From an uncultured Fibrobacterota bacterium (GTDB lineage Bacteria; Fibrobacterota; Chitinivibrionia; Chitinivibrionales; FEN-1185), in NCBI GenBank assembly GCA_963729895.1, contig CAVSQB010000019.1, positions 64,001 through 128,000 on the forward strand: DNA of 64,000 nt, read 5' to 3'. This document shows positions 9,981 through 19,510 of this stretch, piece after piece; the first letter of the stretch is position 1; every line of letters starts with the position of its first letter. Position numbers and translations under genes: made by a program. The notes below the pieces were generated by a model, which was given only the letters and a program-made list of their open reading frames with translations, was not told the DNA's origin and did no database searches.

Positions 9981-10901
9981 ATGATTCAGATTTTCAAGAA
10001 AGTTCCCAACATCAATTTCATCGGGGTCTGGAAGATCGCCTTTTCCATTTCGGGCACCCTGCTCCTGATAACGGTCGGCTCGATCATCTACCACAAGGGC
10101 TTCAATACGTCCATCGAGTTTACGGGCGGCACCGAAGTCCAGCTCAGATTCGAGAAGCCCATCGAAAACAACCTGGGGAGAATCCGCGGCATCCTCAGCG
10201 GCCTCGGGTATGGCCAGCCGGAAATAAAGACAATCGGGCCCGCCAAGAACAATGAAATTCAGGTCACGGTGAAGAAACAGGCCGAAGGCACCACGGTGGG
10301 CGACGCCGTGAAAGACGCGATTTCCAAGGCGTATGCCGATAACAAGTTCGAGGTGCGACGCGAAGAAAAAGTCGGGCCCAAGATCGGCGCTGAACTCGCA
10401 TCAAAGGCCTTCTGGGCCGTGCTCCTGGCGCTCATCGCCATCGTGGTGTACATGGGAATACGGTTCAATATTCCGTACGGCCTCGGCGGCGTGCTTTCCC
10501 TGTTCCACGACGTGTTCATAACGCTCGGGTTCTTTTCGCTTACCAACAGGGAAATTTCCCTGGGGATCGTGGCCGCGCTTCTCACCATCGTGGGATACTC
10601 GCTCAACGACACCATTGTGGTGTTCGACCGGGTGCGTGAAAACATGGGCGGCAGGCTGCTCGGGCCCAACGTGGAATCTATGATCAACAAGAGCATCAAC
10701 CAGACCCTGTCGCGCACCATCATCACCACCGGCACGGTACTGTTCGTGCTTATTGCGTTTTCGTTTTTCGGCGGCCAGGTGATTCAAGACTTTTCTCTGG
10801 CCATGCTCGTGGGATGCTCCAGCGGCGTGTATTCCACGGTCTATATTGCAAGCCCCATCGTACTCTGGTGGAACAAACAGTTTCCGCCGAAATTGAAATA
10901 A
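9981..10901 (+). CDS. secF: Protein translocase subunit SecF
   Basis: EFTGG, VGPKIG, HD, GYSLNDTIVVFDRVREN and TLSRT motifs. Confidence 0.97.
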   Translation: MIQIFKKVPNINFIGVWKIAFSISGTLLLITVGSIIYHKGFNTSIEFTGGTEVQLRFEKPIENNLGRIRGILSGLGYGQPEIKTIGPAKNNEIQVTVKKQAEGTTVGDAVKDAISKAYADNKFEVRREEKVGPKIGAELASKAFWAVLLALIAIVVYMGIRFNIPYGLGGVLSLFHDVFITLGFFSLTNREISLGIVAALLTIVGYSLNDTIVVFDRVRENMGGRLLGPNVESMINKSINQTLSRTIITTGTVLFVLIAFSFFGGQVIQDFSLAMLVGCSSGVYSTVYIASPIVLWWNKQFPPKLK

Positions 10902-10925
10902 TATTTAGGTAAAGAAAAAGAACTC

Positions 10926-11090
10926 GGCGTTCCCCCAAAAAGAGAAGGCCACAATAGTTTGCGCCTTCTCTTTTTGGGGTCGGTTCTCCTTCCAGCTCGG
11001 CCTCCGGCCTCGTTGCCGCCCGCCCTATGCCTGTCGGCCGGGTCGGGCGACAATCCCGCTATGGCGGGACTTCCAGTCGCCCCTAGCGCG
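10926..11090 (+). repeat. Structured intergenic repeat, copy B
   Basis: GGCGTTCCC-long hairpin-GGTCGGTTCT...CCCTAGCGCG. Confidence 0.85.
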
Positions 11091-11207
11091 AAAACAAAAA
11101 CACGGTTTTTGTTGCTGCATTTCACTCTTCGGTGACACATCACACAAGTCCTTAAGACACGAACATCTTTCTAGGTGCACTCACTTGTTTCCACAATCTC
11201 TTCACCA

Positions 11208-11323
11208 TTGAAGAACCCCGCCCCGAGTGGCGGAGATTCTTCCTTGCCCTAGGAAAAAATATTTGCAATTCGCCCGCTAACCCCGCGCCAAGTCGCGGGG
11301 ATTGCGCGGGCTGAGGCATTCAA
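11208..11323. repeat. Small palindromic element, possibly an IS200/IS605-end-derived MITE
   Basis: Bounded by TTGAA...TTCAA; contains two AACCCCGC-initiated hairpins. Confidence 0.35.
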
Positions 11324-11406
11324 TCACCCGGAGCCGTTATCTCCTGTCCGGCGAATATGGTATTTTAGTGGATGCGCAGGACCTTCACCACCCTGCCACA
11401 CAACCG

Positions 11407-12069
11407 ATGACAAAAACAATTCCCGCAGCATTCCTGCTTGTGACCACGTTGATCGCGTCGGCACTCCCCGCCGACAAATGCGAATTCACCATCGCGCGTC
11501 TCAAGTACGGCGGCGGCGGGGACTGGTACAACGGCCCCTCATCGCTCCCCAACCTGGTGGATGCGGTCAAAAAAGAAACCGCTATTCCCATTTGCGATAC
11601 GGTCGCCGTTGTCCAGATCATGGACCCGGCCCTGTTTCATTATCCCTTCCTCTATATGACCGGACACGGCAACGTGCATTTCTCCCCTGAGGAACGGGTG
11701 AGGCTCAGGTCGTTTCTCACCGGCGGCGGGTTTCTGCTTGCAAACGACGATTACGGCATGGACAAGGCGTTCAGACGCGAGATGGAGGCGCTGTTTCCCG
11801 AAAACCCGCTTGTCGAGGTACCGCTTACTCATCCGATCTATTCCAGCGTGTACAAATTGCCGGGACTGCCCAAGATCCACGAACACGACGGGCTGCCTGC
11901 CAAGGGTTTCGGCATCTTCTTTGACAACAGGCTAGTTGTGTATTACGCGTTCAGCTCCGACATCGGCGACGGGATGGAAGACGCGGGCGTGTATTCGGAC
12001 CCGCCCGTTTTGCACCGGGCGGCGCTTAACATGGGCGTGAACATCGTCTCCTGGTTCTTTAATCCGTGA
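11407..12069 (+). CDS. DUF4159-family protein
   Basis: IARLKYGGGGDWY, YPFLYMTGHG, PKIHEHD and DIGDG motifs. Confidence 0.85.
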   Translation: MTKTIPAAFLLVTTLIASALPADKCEFTIARLKYGGGGDWYNGPSSLPNLVDAVKKETAIPICDTVAVVQIMDPALFHYPFLYMTGHGNVHFSPEERVRLRSFLTGGGFLLANDDYGMDKAFRREMEALFPENPLVEVPLTHPIYSSVYKLPGLPKIHEHDGLPAKGFGIFFDNRLVVYYAFSSDIGDGMEDAGVYSDPPVLHRAALNMGVNIVSWFFNP

Positions 12070-15000
12070 ATCCTCACCTCGCACTGGTAGGCCATTTCCT
12101 GCGCCGACTCCGGAGGCGGTTTGCCGCTGCCGCGTTCATGCGTCGGTGCATGGCACTCGCCGCAGCCGCGTTGCTCGGCTGCACGCTCGTCCAGGTCCTG
12201 TTTGCCGTTTTTCCGTGGGTTGCGCTGCCCATGGCCTGGGATGTACTTGTGGGGGCCTTTGCGGCCGGAATCGGCATCGTGGCCGTCGACCTCTGGTGGC
12301 TGCGGAGACCGGATCTCCGCACCGTGGCACGGATTGCGGAAAATCAGGCGCGCCTTCCCCATCCCTGGCTTTCGCTTTCCCTGGAGCTTTCCCATTCGGA
12401 ATCGGGCGGCTCCGCAGAACTGACATCCCGTGTTTTTGAAACCGCCGCCGGCGAGCTTCCTTTGTGTCCAACGCGCCTTGCCATGCCCGGGTTCCGGCGC
12501 ACCTCCTACGCGCTCGCATTGTCGCTTGCTTTGTTTGCGTCAACCGCATTCCTGTACCAGCCCCATTGCGCCCTGTTCTGGAAGTTGCCCCTTTCCTTTT
12601 TCGGGCCGGTGCGCGCGACGATCTGGCCGGGCACGGTATATGTCCCGAAGGGCACTTTGTGCACGGTGCGGCTGACCCCCACCGGATCGTTCTTTCCGTC
12701 GTGCCGTCTCACGTGTTCAGCGCTCGACGGAACGCCGGTATCAAACGCGGTGCTTGCGGCCGGCGATTCGGGCCGGTTTTCGCTTCCCCTGGGCAGCGTC
12801 ACCAGGTCTCTTGTTTATCAATTTACCTTAGGCAGTACCGCCTTTCCCGCAGACACCATTCGCGTGGTTCCCAAACCCGCCTTGTCGAGACTTGCGATCC
12901 GCGTTGTTCCTCCACGATACACCGGCATCAAGCCCTCTTCCCTTCCGGAAGGCCAGGGAAATTTTGCGGCGTATCCCGGGACGCGGGCTCACTTTTCCCT
13001 GAGTGCTCCCTTTCCGCTCAAAAAAGCCCTGTTCGTTTCCCCGGGCAAAGACACGATACCCTTTTCGGTTTCCACATGCGACGCCCAGGGCGACATCGTG
13101 GTTTCATCGCGGCAAGGTTACTCCTTTGCCCTTACCGACACGTTTCTTCAGACGAGCGATTCCGTCCCGCTCTTTTCCATCGAGGTGATCCCCGACGCTC
13201 CGCCGTCCGTATTCATATTGAAACCGGGAGAGAACAAGGACTGCACTCCCTCCGACCACGAACTGCTGTCCGTGGAAGCAATTGACGACATAGCAATCCG
13301 CAGCGTCGTTGTTTCCACAAGGAAGAACCGGGACGAGGTCGCCCTTTTTGCCTCCCACCGATTCCCGCCCGGCGACAGCAGCGTCAAGATGGCGCGCCTC
13401 GAACTCCCGCTTTCCCTCGGCGCCTTCTCGTTGTACCCGGGCGACACGCTGTGGTATTGGGCGACCGCATGCGACAACCGGGCCTATCATGGGCCGCAGT
13501 GCACCACGTCGGATTCCTTCTTCTTCCGCGTGCCGAGCTTTGAGGAAATCCATGAGCGCGTCGCCCAGGAGGAAGACTACACCACGCAGACGCTGGCGTC
13601 GGCCAAAAAACGAAACAGCGATCTGCAACAGTCGGTTGCCAACCTGATGCAGTCTGCGCAGGGGAAAAAGTCGCTGTCGTGGGAACAGCAGCAGATCGTG
13701 CGGGACCTCAAGCAGGAAGCGGCCTCCCAGGCGGACTCCCTGTCGAAGGCCTTCGAATCATTCCGCGAGGCTGTTGACAAGATCAAACAGGAATCCTCGA
13801 TCCCGGCTGAACTTCTTTCGAAAATGGACGACGTGCAGAAAGCGATTGAAGACCTGCGCAGGCAATACGGCGACAGTCTTCTTTTTTCCCTGCCAAAAGG
13901 GGAAGAGAATATCTCGATGCGCGATCTTCGGGAATCGCTGGAGAAATTAAAGAACACGCTTCCGGATTTGGCGCAAAGGCTCGAAAACACGTTGAAATTC
14001 CTGGAAATGCTCAAGCGGGACCAGGAGCTTGCCAGGCTTGCCTCGGATGCCGAGCGCCTTGCAAAAGACCAGCAGGACATTGCCTCCATGCCCCGGGAGG
14101 GCGGCCAATGCCTTTCCAAACAGGAAAGCGTGTCCAAAGGTGTTGACGGTCTCCTCAAAGACATCGACAGGAACGCCGGAAGCGGCGATTCGGCCTTGTT
14201 TTCAAAGAGCCAGCTTCCCGCACTCGACAAGCTGTGCCCGCTCCAGAAATCGATGCAGGCGGACCTTTCGTCCAAAACCGTCCCTCCGCGCGGCGACATG
14301 AACGCCATGGCCGGCTCGCTTTCGTCTTTGTCGGAGAATCTGGCGAACATGCAGAGCTGCGCGCTGGCAAAGCGGTTCGAAAAGGAACGTGAGGTCTTGC
14401 TCGACATGGTGCACGATGCGCTCGGCATGTCGGCGTTGCAGGAGGAGATCGCGGACAGTTCCCAGGCGCCCTCGGCGTCTGCGGGCGCAACGTCCGCGCT
14501 CGAACAGTCTCTTGCGAATTCCCTCAGAAACAGCATGGAAAAAATGAACCGTCTTGCCATGGTGTCTCCGCAGGCCCTTGTTTCCATCAAGAAAGGGTAC
14601 GACAATGCCGGCGCGTCGATCAACAGTGCGCTTGCCCTCTTGTCGGGCGGCGCCCAGAGAATTTTCTCTCGCGGCCCGGAATCGGACTTCAACGGTCTTG
14701 CCAAGACGGAACTCGACGCGCTGGAGCAGCTCAGCGGCCAGTCGGAAGGGCAGAGCGGCGGCATGGGGGGCATGATGGCCGGGTTCAGGCGGCTGTCGTC
14801 CAGGCAGGCGACGCTCAATGCGGCCACGGGTGCACTGCTGCGGAGCCTCCTTGGCCGCAACGGCGGGTCCGAAGGCATGGAGGGAAAGGATTCGCGGGAA
14901 GGCGGCGGAGGGAAAGAAGGCAGCGGCGAGAGGCGCGCGCGTGAAGAAGCGCGCGCCGCGCAAAAGGCAATTGCCGACGAACTGAAGCGCCTTGCCGACA

Positions 15001-15383
15001 AATACGGAAAAGATGCCGGTTCGTCCCTTGATAAAAAGGCAAGAGACCTCGAAGAGGAAGCCCGGCGGCTGTCGGCCATGTTCGACAATCCGTCTCAGGA
15101 GCTGCGCGACCGCCAGGACCGGTTCCTGTCGAGAATGCTGGAGACCTCCCTGTCGCAGCACAAACAGGATGAGGGCAAGGAGGAGCGGAAGTCGCAATCC
15201 GCAAAGGAGGTGTTTTCGCCGCAGGGTCGCCACGATGCGGCACGCGCCGCCGGTTCCTTTGACCTCGACACCTACTACCGGCTGCGCCAGCGCGCTTTTG
15301 AGGGAAGTTTTCCGGAAAGCTACAGGTTCTCCGTAAAGAGTTATTTCGATTCGCTGGGCGTCTTGTTCCTCAAGGAAAAATAG
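12066..15383 (+). CDS. Large membrane-anchored coiled-coil protein (DUF4175-like)
   Basis: 1105 aa; N-terminal TMs, PPRYTG Ig-like region, coiled coils, C-terminal P..YR..VKSYF; overlaps the DUF4159 stop. Confidence 0.7.
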   Translation: MNPHLALVGHFLRRLRRRFAAAAFMRRCMALAAAALLGCTLVQVLFAVFPWVALPMAWDVLVGAFAAGIGIVAVDLWWLRRPDLRTVARIAENQARLPHPWLSLSLELSHSESGGSAELTSRVFETAAGELPLCPTRLAMPGFRRTSYALALSLALFASTAFLYQPHCALFWKLPLSFFGPVRATIWPGTVYVPKGTLCTVRLTPTGSFFPSCRLTCSALDGTPVSNAVLAAGDSGRFSLPLGSVTRSLVYQFTLGSTAFPADTIRVVPKPALSRLAIRVVPPRYTGIKPSSLPEGQGNFAAYPGTRAHFSLSAPFPLKKALFVSPGKDTIPFSVSTCDAQGDIVVSSRQGYSFALTDTFLQTSDSVPLFSIEVIPDAPPSVFILKPGENKDCTPSDHELLSVEAIDDIAIRSVVVSTRKNRDEVALFASHRFPPGDSSVKMARLELPLSLGAFSLYPGDTLWYWATACDNRAYHGPQCTTSDSFFFRVPSFEEIHERVAQEEDYTTQTLASAKKRNSDLQQSVANLMQSAQGKKSLSWEQQQIVRDLKQEAASQADSLSKAFESFREAVDKIKQESSIPAELLSKMDDVQKAIEDLRRQYGDSLLFSLPKGEENISMRDLRESLEKLKNTLPDLAQRLENTLKFLEMLKRDQELARLASDAERLAKDQQDIASMPREGGQCLSKQESVSKGVDGLLKDIDRNAGSGDSALFSKSQLPALDKLCPLQKSMQADLSSKTVPPRGDMNAMAGSLSSLSENLANMQSCALAKRFEKEREVLLDMVHDALGMSALQEEIADSSQAPSASAGATSALEQSLANSLRNSMEKMNRLAMVSPQALVSIKKGYDNAGASINSALALLSGGAQRIFSRGPESDFNGLAKTELDALEQLSGQSEGQSGGMGGMMAGFRRLSSRQATLNAATGALLRSLLGRNGGSEGMEGKDSREGGGGKEGSGERRAREEARAAQKAIADELKRLADKYGKDAGSSLDKKARDLEEEARRLSAMFDNPSQELRDRQDRFLSRMLETSLSQHKQDEGKEERKSQSAKEVFSPQGRHDAARAAGSFDLDTYYRLRQRAFEGSFPESYRFSVKSYFDSLGVLFLKEK

Positions 15384-15396
15384 GGACGGCCTTGCA

Positions 15397-16878
15397 ATGC
15401 GCATTCTGCTCATCAACACCAACCGGTACAAAGACCCGCTGCCCGTAATGCCCGTGGGACTCTGCTGGGTGGCGGCTTCGCTGGAGAACGCGGGCTACGA
15501 CGTAAAATTTCTGGACCTGTGTTTTTCGCTCACCCCGGGAAGCGACACCACGCGCGAGGTGGAGCGGTTCGCGCCCGACATCGTCGGCGTGAGCATCCGC
15601 AACATTGACACTTGCAATGGCTTTCGTCCCGTTTTTCTTCTCGAAGCGGTGAGAAAACACGTGATCCTTCCCTTGAAACAGGCCTTCGCTGGGCCCGTGG
15701 TTCTCGGCGGAGCAACGGCCGGCATCAACGGCCCGGAATTGCTTTCGTATCTTGACTGCGAATATGCGGTGCAGGGTGACGGCGAGCATGCCATGGTCGC
15801 CTTTGCCGGCAGGATACGCGACAAAAAGGAATTGAGCGGGCTTCCCGGGCTTATTATACGGCGGGCGGACGGGACCGCGGAGTCAAACGCTCCCGGCTTT
15901 CCGGACGATCTCGACAGCCTGCCTGTTCCCAGCCCCCAGAAGTACCTGAACGTGGCGCTTTACAGAATGTACAACTCGCCGCTGCCGGTCCAGACCAAAC
16001 GCGGGTGCGCGATGGAGTGCGCCTACTGCACCTACAATCGCCTCGAAGGCCGTGCGTACCGCCTGCGGTCGCCAACGCTCATCGCGGACGAAATCGAGGC
16101 GTTCGTAAACGCCACGGGCATCCGCTCAGTGGAACTCGTGGACAGCACGTTCAACGCGCCGCTCGACCACGCCAAGAATGTGCTGCGGGAAATCATCGCA
16201 CGCAGACTCGATGTTCGATTGTCCACAATGGGGCTCAATCCGCGCTTTCTTGACGAGGAACTTGCGGGCCTCATGAAGAAGGCCGGATTCATCGAAGCAT
16301 GCTTCGGCATCGAGGCGGTGAGCGGCGCCATGCTCACATCCCTTGCAAAGAATTTTACGGTGGACGATATCAAGGCCGCCGCTGGCATCATACGCACAAC
16401 CCGCATACCGGTGGCGTGGTACCTCATCATCGGCGCGCCGGGCGAAACCGTTGAAACGATCCGCGAGACGTTTTCCGGCATCGTATGCATTGCTTCGCCT
16501 CTCGACTTTGTCAACATCGCGGTGGGAATCCGGGTGTACAACGGCGCGCCGATCGCCGATACCTGGGCGACCGAGCACCATGGCGCCCCTGCCGACAACT
16601 TCTTTGCGCCGGTGGCATACCGGCCCGGCCCGCTCACCCCCAGGAAACTCAAGGCGATTGCCTCCCTGGCGACCGCTTTGCACCACAACTTCTTCATGTT
16701 CGACGACAAGGCAAACGTGCTGCTGCCGGTACGGCTGATTTTGAGCACGTTTTTCCCGCGGCAGCCGCTGTGGCGCGGATACGTGGTGATGAGGCTGTTC
16801 GAAAAATATTCGGGGGTGTTTCTGGTGAGGGCGTTGGTCGCGTGGGTGAGGTTAGTGAGGGCATCAAGGAAACAGTAA
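15397..16878 (+). CDS. B12-binding radical SAM protein
   Basis: N-terminal cobalamin-binding domain (PVGL...VGVSIRNID) and QTKRGCAMECAYC. Confidence 0.9.
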   Translation: MRILLINTNRYKDPLPVMPVGLCWVAASLENAGYDVKFLDLCFSLTPGSDTTREVERFAPDIVGVSIRNIDTCNGFRPVFLLEAVRKHVILPLKQAFAGPVVLGGATAGINGPELLSYLDCEYAVQGDGEHAMVAFAGRIRDKKELSGLPGLIIRRADGTAESNAPGFPDDLDSLPVPSPQKYLNVALYRMYNSPLPVQTKRGCAMECAYCTYNRLEGRAYRLRSPTLIADEIEAFVNATGIRSVELVDSTFNAPLDHAKNVLREIIARRLDVRLSTMGLNPRFLDEELAGLMKKAGFIEACFGIEAVSGAMLTSLAKNFTVDDIKAAAGIIRTTRIPVAWYLIIGAPGETVETIRETFSGIVCIASPLDFVNIAVGIRVYNGAPIADTWATEHHGAPADNFFAPVAYRPGPLTPRKLKAIASLATALHHNFFMFDDKANVLLPVRLILSTFFPRQPLWRGYVVMRLFEKYSGVFLVRALVAWVRLVRASRKQ

Positions 16879-16967
16879 TCGGAAGTTTCTTTTTCCGGAG
16901 CGCGAGTGACCGGCCTGCGTGCAGGTTCTTTCTGTCGCACGGCAAAGCCGCCCCAACGAAGATGCGT

Positions 16968-18020
16968 TTAGGCCAGTTTCCTGATATACCCCCACAGCAC
17001 CTCCAGCAGCTTTTCCTCCGGCACCTTTTCCATCAGCTTTCCCTTTACGAAAATCCGCCCCTCATGCCTGCCGCCTGCGATGCCCACATCGGCATCCGAT
17101 GCTTCGCCCGGGCCGTTCACAATGCATCCCATCACTGCGATCTTGAGGGGAGCCGAAATCGAGGAAACCATGGCCTCCACTTTTTCGGCGAGCGCCACGA
17201 CATCGATCTGGGTCCTGCCGCAGGTGGGGCACGCGATGACCGTGGGGCCCTTCGCAAGGCCGAGCGACTTGAGGATTTCGACGCCCGCGCGCACTTCGTT
17301 GACGGGATCGGAGCACAGCGACACCCGGATCGTGTCGCCGATCCCCTCCGAAAGCAGGGCGCCTATTCCCACGCTGGAGCGGATGGCGCCGGTTGTGAGC
17401 GTGCCCGATTCGGTGATGCCGATGTGCTGGGGCGCATCCGCGGCCCGCGACAGCAGGCGGCACGCCTCGATGGTGGTGAGCACGTCACTCGCCTTGATGG
17501 AGAGAACGATGTTGTCAAAAGAGAATGATTCCATCATCCTGATGAACCCGAGGCCGCTTTCCGCAAGCGCCTGCGGCGTGGGGCCGCCATAGAGTTCAAC
17601 CAGGCGCTTTTCGAGCGAGCCGGAATTGACGCCGATGCGGATCGGAATGCGCGCTGCCCTGGCCGCGTCGACGACTTTCTTCACCTTGTCGGGTGACCCG
17701 ATGTTCCCCGGATTAATGCGGACCTTGTCCGCGCCAGCCTCGATTGCGGCTATGGCAAGCTCATGCTGGAAGTGGATGTCCGCAACAAGCGGCACGTTCG
17801 TGGCCCGGCGAATCTTTTCAAATGCGATTGCCGCGCGTTTGTTGGGCACGGCGATGCGGACGATTGCGCATCCCGCGGACGCGAGGGCCGCGACCTGGGC
17901 GAGGGTGGCGTCAACGTCCTCAGTCGGCGTATTGGTCATCGACTGCACCGCCACCGGAGCGTCGCCGCCGATGGCTACGTTTCTCACAAGAACCTGGCGC
18001 GTTTTCCTGCGTGAAATCAT
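16968..18020 (-). CDS. ispG: (E)-4-hydroxy-3-methylbut-2-enyl diphosphate synthase
   Basis: VQSMTNT, VADIHF, RINPGN, RIGVNSGS, CPTCGR and VMGCIVNGPGE motifs. Confidence 0.97.
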   Translation of the reverse strand: MISRRKTRQVLVRNVAIGGDAPVAVQSMTNTPTEDVDATLAQVAALASAGCAIVRIAVPNKRAAIAFEKIRRATNVPLVADIHFQHELAIAAIEAGADKVRINPGNIGSPDKVKKVVDAARAARIPIRIGVNSGSLEKRLVELYGGPTPQALAESGLGFIRMMESFSFDNIVLSIKASDVLTTIEACRLLSRAADAPQHIGITESGTLTTGAIRSSVGIGALLSEGIGDTIRVSLCSDPVNEVRAGVEILKSLGLAKGPTVIACPTCGRTQIDVVALAEKVEAMVSSISAPLKIAVMGCIVNGPGEASDADVGIAGGRHEGRIFVKGKLMEKVPEEKLLEVLWGYIRKLA

Positions 18021-18100
18021 GATGAATGGTTCCCGATAAACACGCAGGGGTTCACCCCGGTGAACCCCTGCACTGCCTTCCGTTGCACAAAGCTGTCTTC

Positions 18101-19246
18101 CTACATGGCCTGGACAAGAAGCGTCACGCGCAGGCCGGTAACGCCCGACACGGCGACGCTGCCGGCACCCGATTTCAGCTTGAACCCGTCGATGCGCGTG
18201 CAGAAGCCGTTGGCATTGCCTTTGTACTGTATGTCTACCATGAGGAGTTTGCTCTGCATGTCCCAGTTGCGCTCGTGAACCGCGTTCACGTTGGGCACCC
18301 ACTGGAGAGTCTGGATCAGGTCGTTTTTAAGGCGGAACGTGGAGACCCCGCCGATCGTGACGGTAAGGGTAATGCCGTTGTTCTGCTGACCCTGCCATTC
18401 CTTTATTATTCTTTCGAGCAGGTCTTTGATTGCTTTTTGAGACGCTTTGGTAATCGCCTGCGAGCCGGCGCTGCTCGCGCTGATGTGCACCATGGCCGCG
18501 TGGGCCGCGGCGGTGCCGATGATGCTTCCCGTGGAGCAATTGATGGCCCTGAGCGTGACATCGGCCTGCGCCGAAACCATGCCTCCCAGGTTCTGGCTTA
18601 CGTTGTTGGCTTGCCTGCTCACGGCTGTGCCCGTAATGATCACTTCCGCGCCGTTCTGGGAGCCAAGCTGGGCCGCGGCAGCGGCGTCGCCCGCGAGGGT
18701 AGCCATTTTCTCCTGCGACGCCCTGACGGAGGCGCTCGCCTTGGGGTCGATGAGCTCGAATTCGTACGGGTCTTTAAGGAACTGGAGAATGGCCGTCTCC
18801 GCTGCCGAATTGGTGGGCTCGGCGTTGCCGATGTTGTTTTCGTCGATGACCACCATGGTCCTGGGTTTGTTCATTGACTCAATGAGAATATGAAACGCGG
18901 CCAGGTCCTGGTTTATGGAACTCCTCGAGAGCACAGCCCTGATCTTCACTTCAAAGAACCCGTTGTCGGTCTTGCCTTCCGATATCTTCTCGTAGCTTTT
19001 TACCGACCCCATGGTCTTTGTAACTATCTGGTCCCGTTTTACCTGAAAATTTTCGATTTCCGTCTGGGAAAGCAGGATGGTGCCGATGCCCTTTTCAATG
19101 GCATTTCTCTTGGCGGCAATGAGCGCCTCTTCGGCATTTGCCCCTTCTCCGCTTCCCTCGGCCACAATGTTTTCCTCGTCGGCTGCGTACGATGCCGCTC
19201 CAAGAAACAGCAGAAAGCCCGCGCACAACGCCAGTGTTTTCCCCAT
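18101..19246 (-). CDS. Secreted hypothetical protein (FlgT-N/CsgG-like)
   Basis: Signal peptide, A...AKRNAIEK motif, GGAGG SD; the family assignment is weak. Confidence 0.55.
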   Translation of the reverse strand: MGKTLALCAGFLLFLGAASYAADEENIVAEGSGEGANAEEALIAAKRNAIEKGIGTILLSQTEIENFQVKRDQIVTKTMGSVKSYEKISEGKTDNGFFEVKIRAVLSRSSINQDLAAFHILIESMNKPRTMVVIDENNIGNAEPTNSAAETAILQFLKDPYEFELIDPKASASVRASQEKMATLAGDAAAAAQLGSQNGAEVIITGTAVSRQANNVSQNLGGMVSAQADVTLRAINCSTGSIIGTAAAHAAMVHISASSAGSQAITKASQKAIKDLLERIIKEWQGQQNNGITLTVTIGGVSTFRLKNDLIQTLQWVPNVNAVHERNWDMQSKLLMVDIQYKGNANGFCTRIDGFKLKSGAGSVAVSGVTGLRVTLLVQAM

Positions 19247-19510
19247 GGCCGCTCCTCCTTTAGTCCCGGACACAACTTTCAAATATGAATATATATTATC
19301 TCAGAACTGGCAGTCCGGTGTCAATGGCTTCGGTTACGACCTCACCCGTTTCCCCTCTCCCGCAAAGACAGGGGAAAACGGCAAAGCAGTTGCTTTTGCA
19401 CGGTCAATCATGTTACAATACTAGTAAGGAACAGGAGGGGCAGAGCGATAAATCTCTGCCCTTGACCTATAGGCTTGCCGACAATTCTAAGCGCTTAACA
19501 AGAGAAAATC

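Noticed and set aside
13577..15431. Long minus-strand ORFs opposite the DUF4175-like gene, and similar ones opposite secD, the kinase and pglF
   Set aside because: Typical high-GC antisense shadows.
16968..18302. N-terminally extended 444-aa IspG
   Set aside because: The extension overlaps the upstream gene; IspG homology starts at the ATG at 18020.
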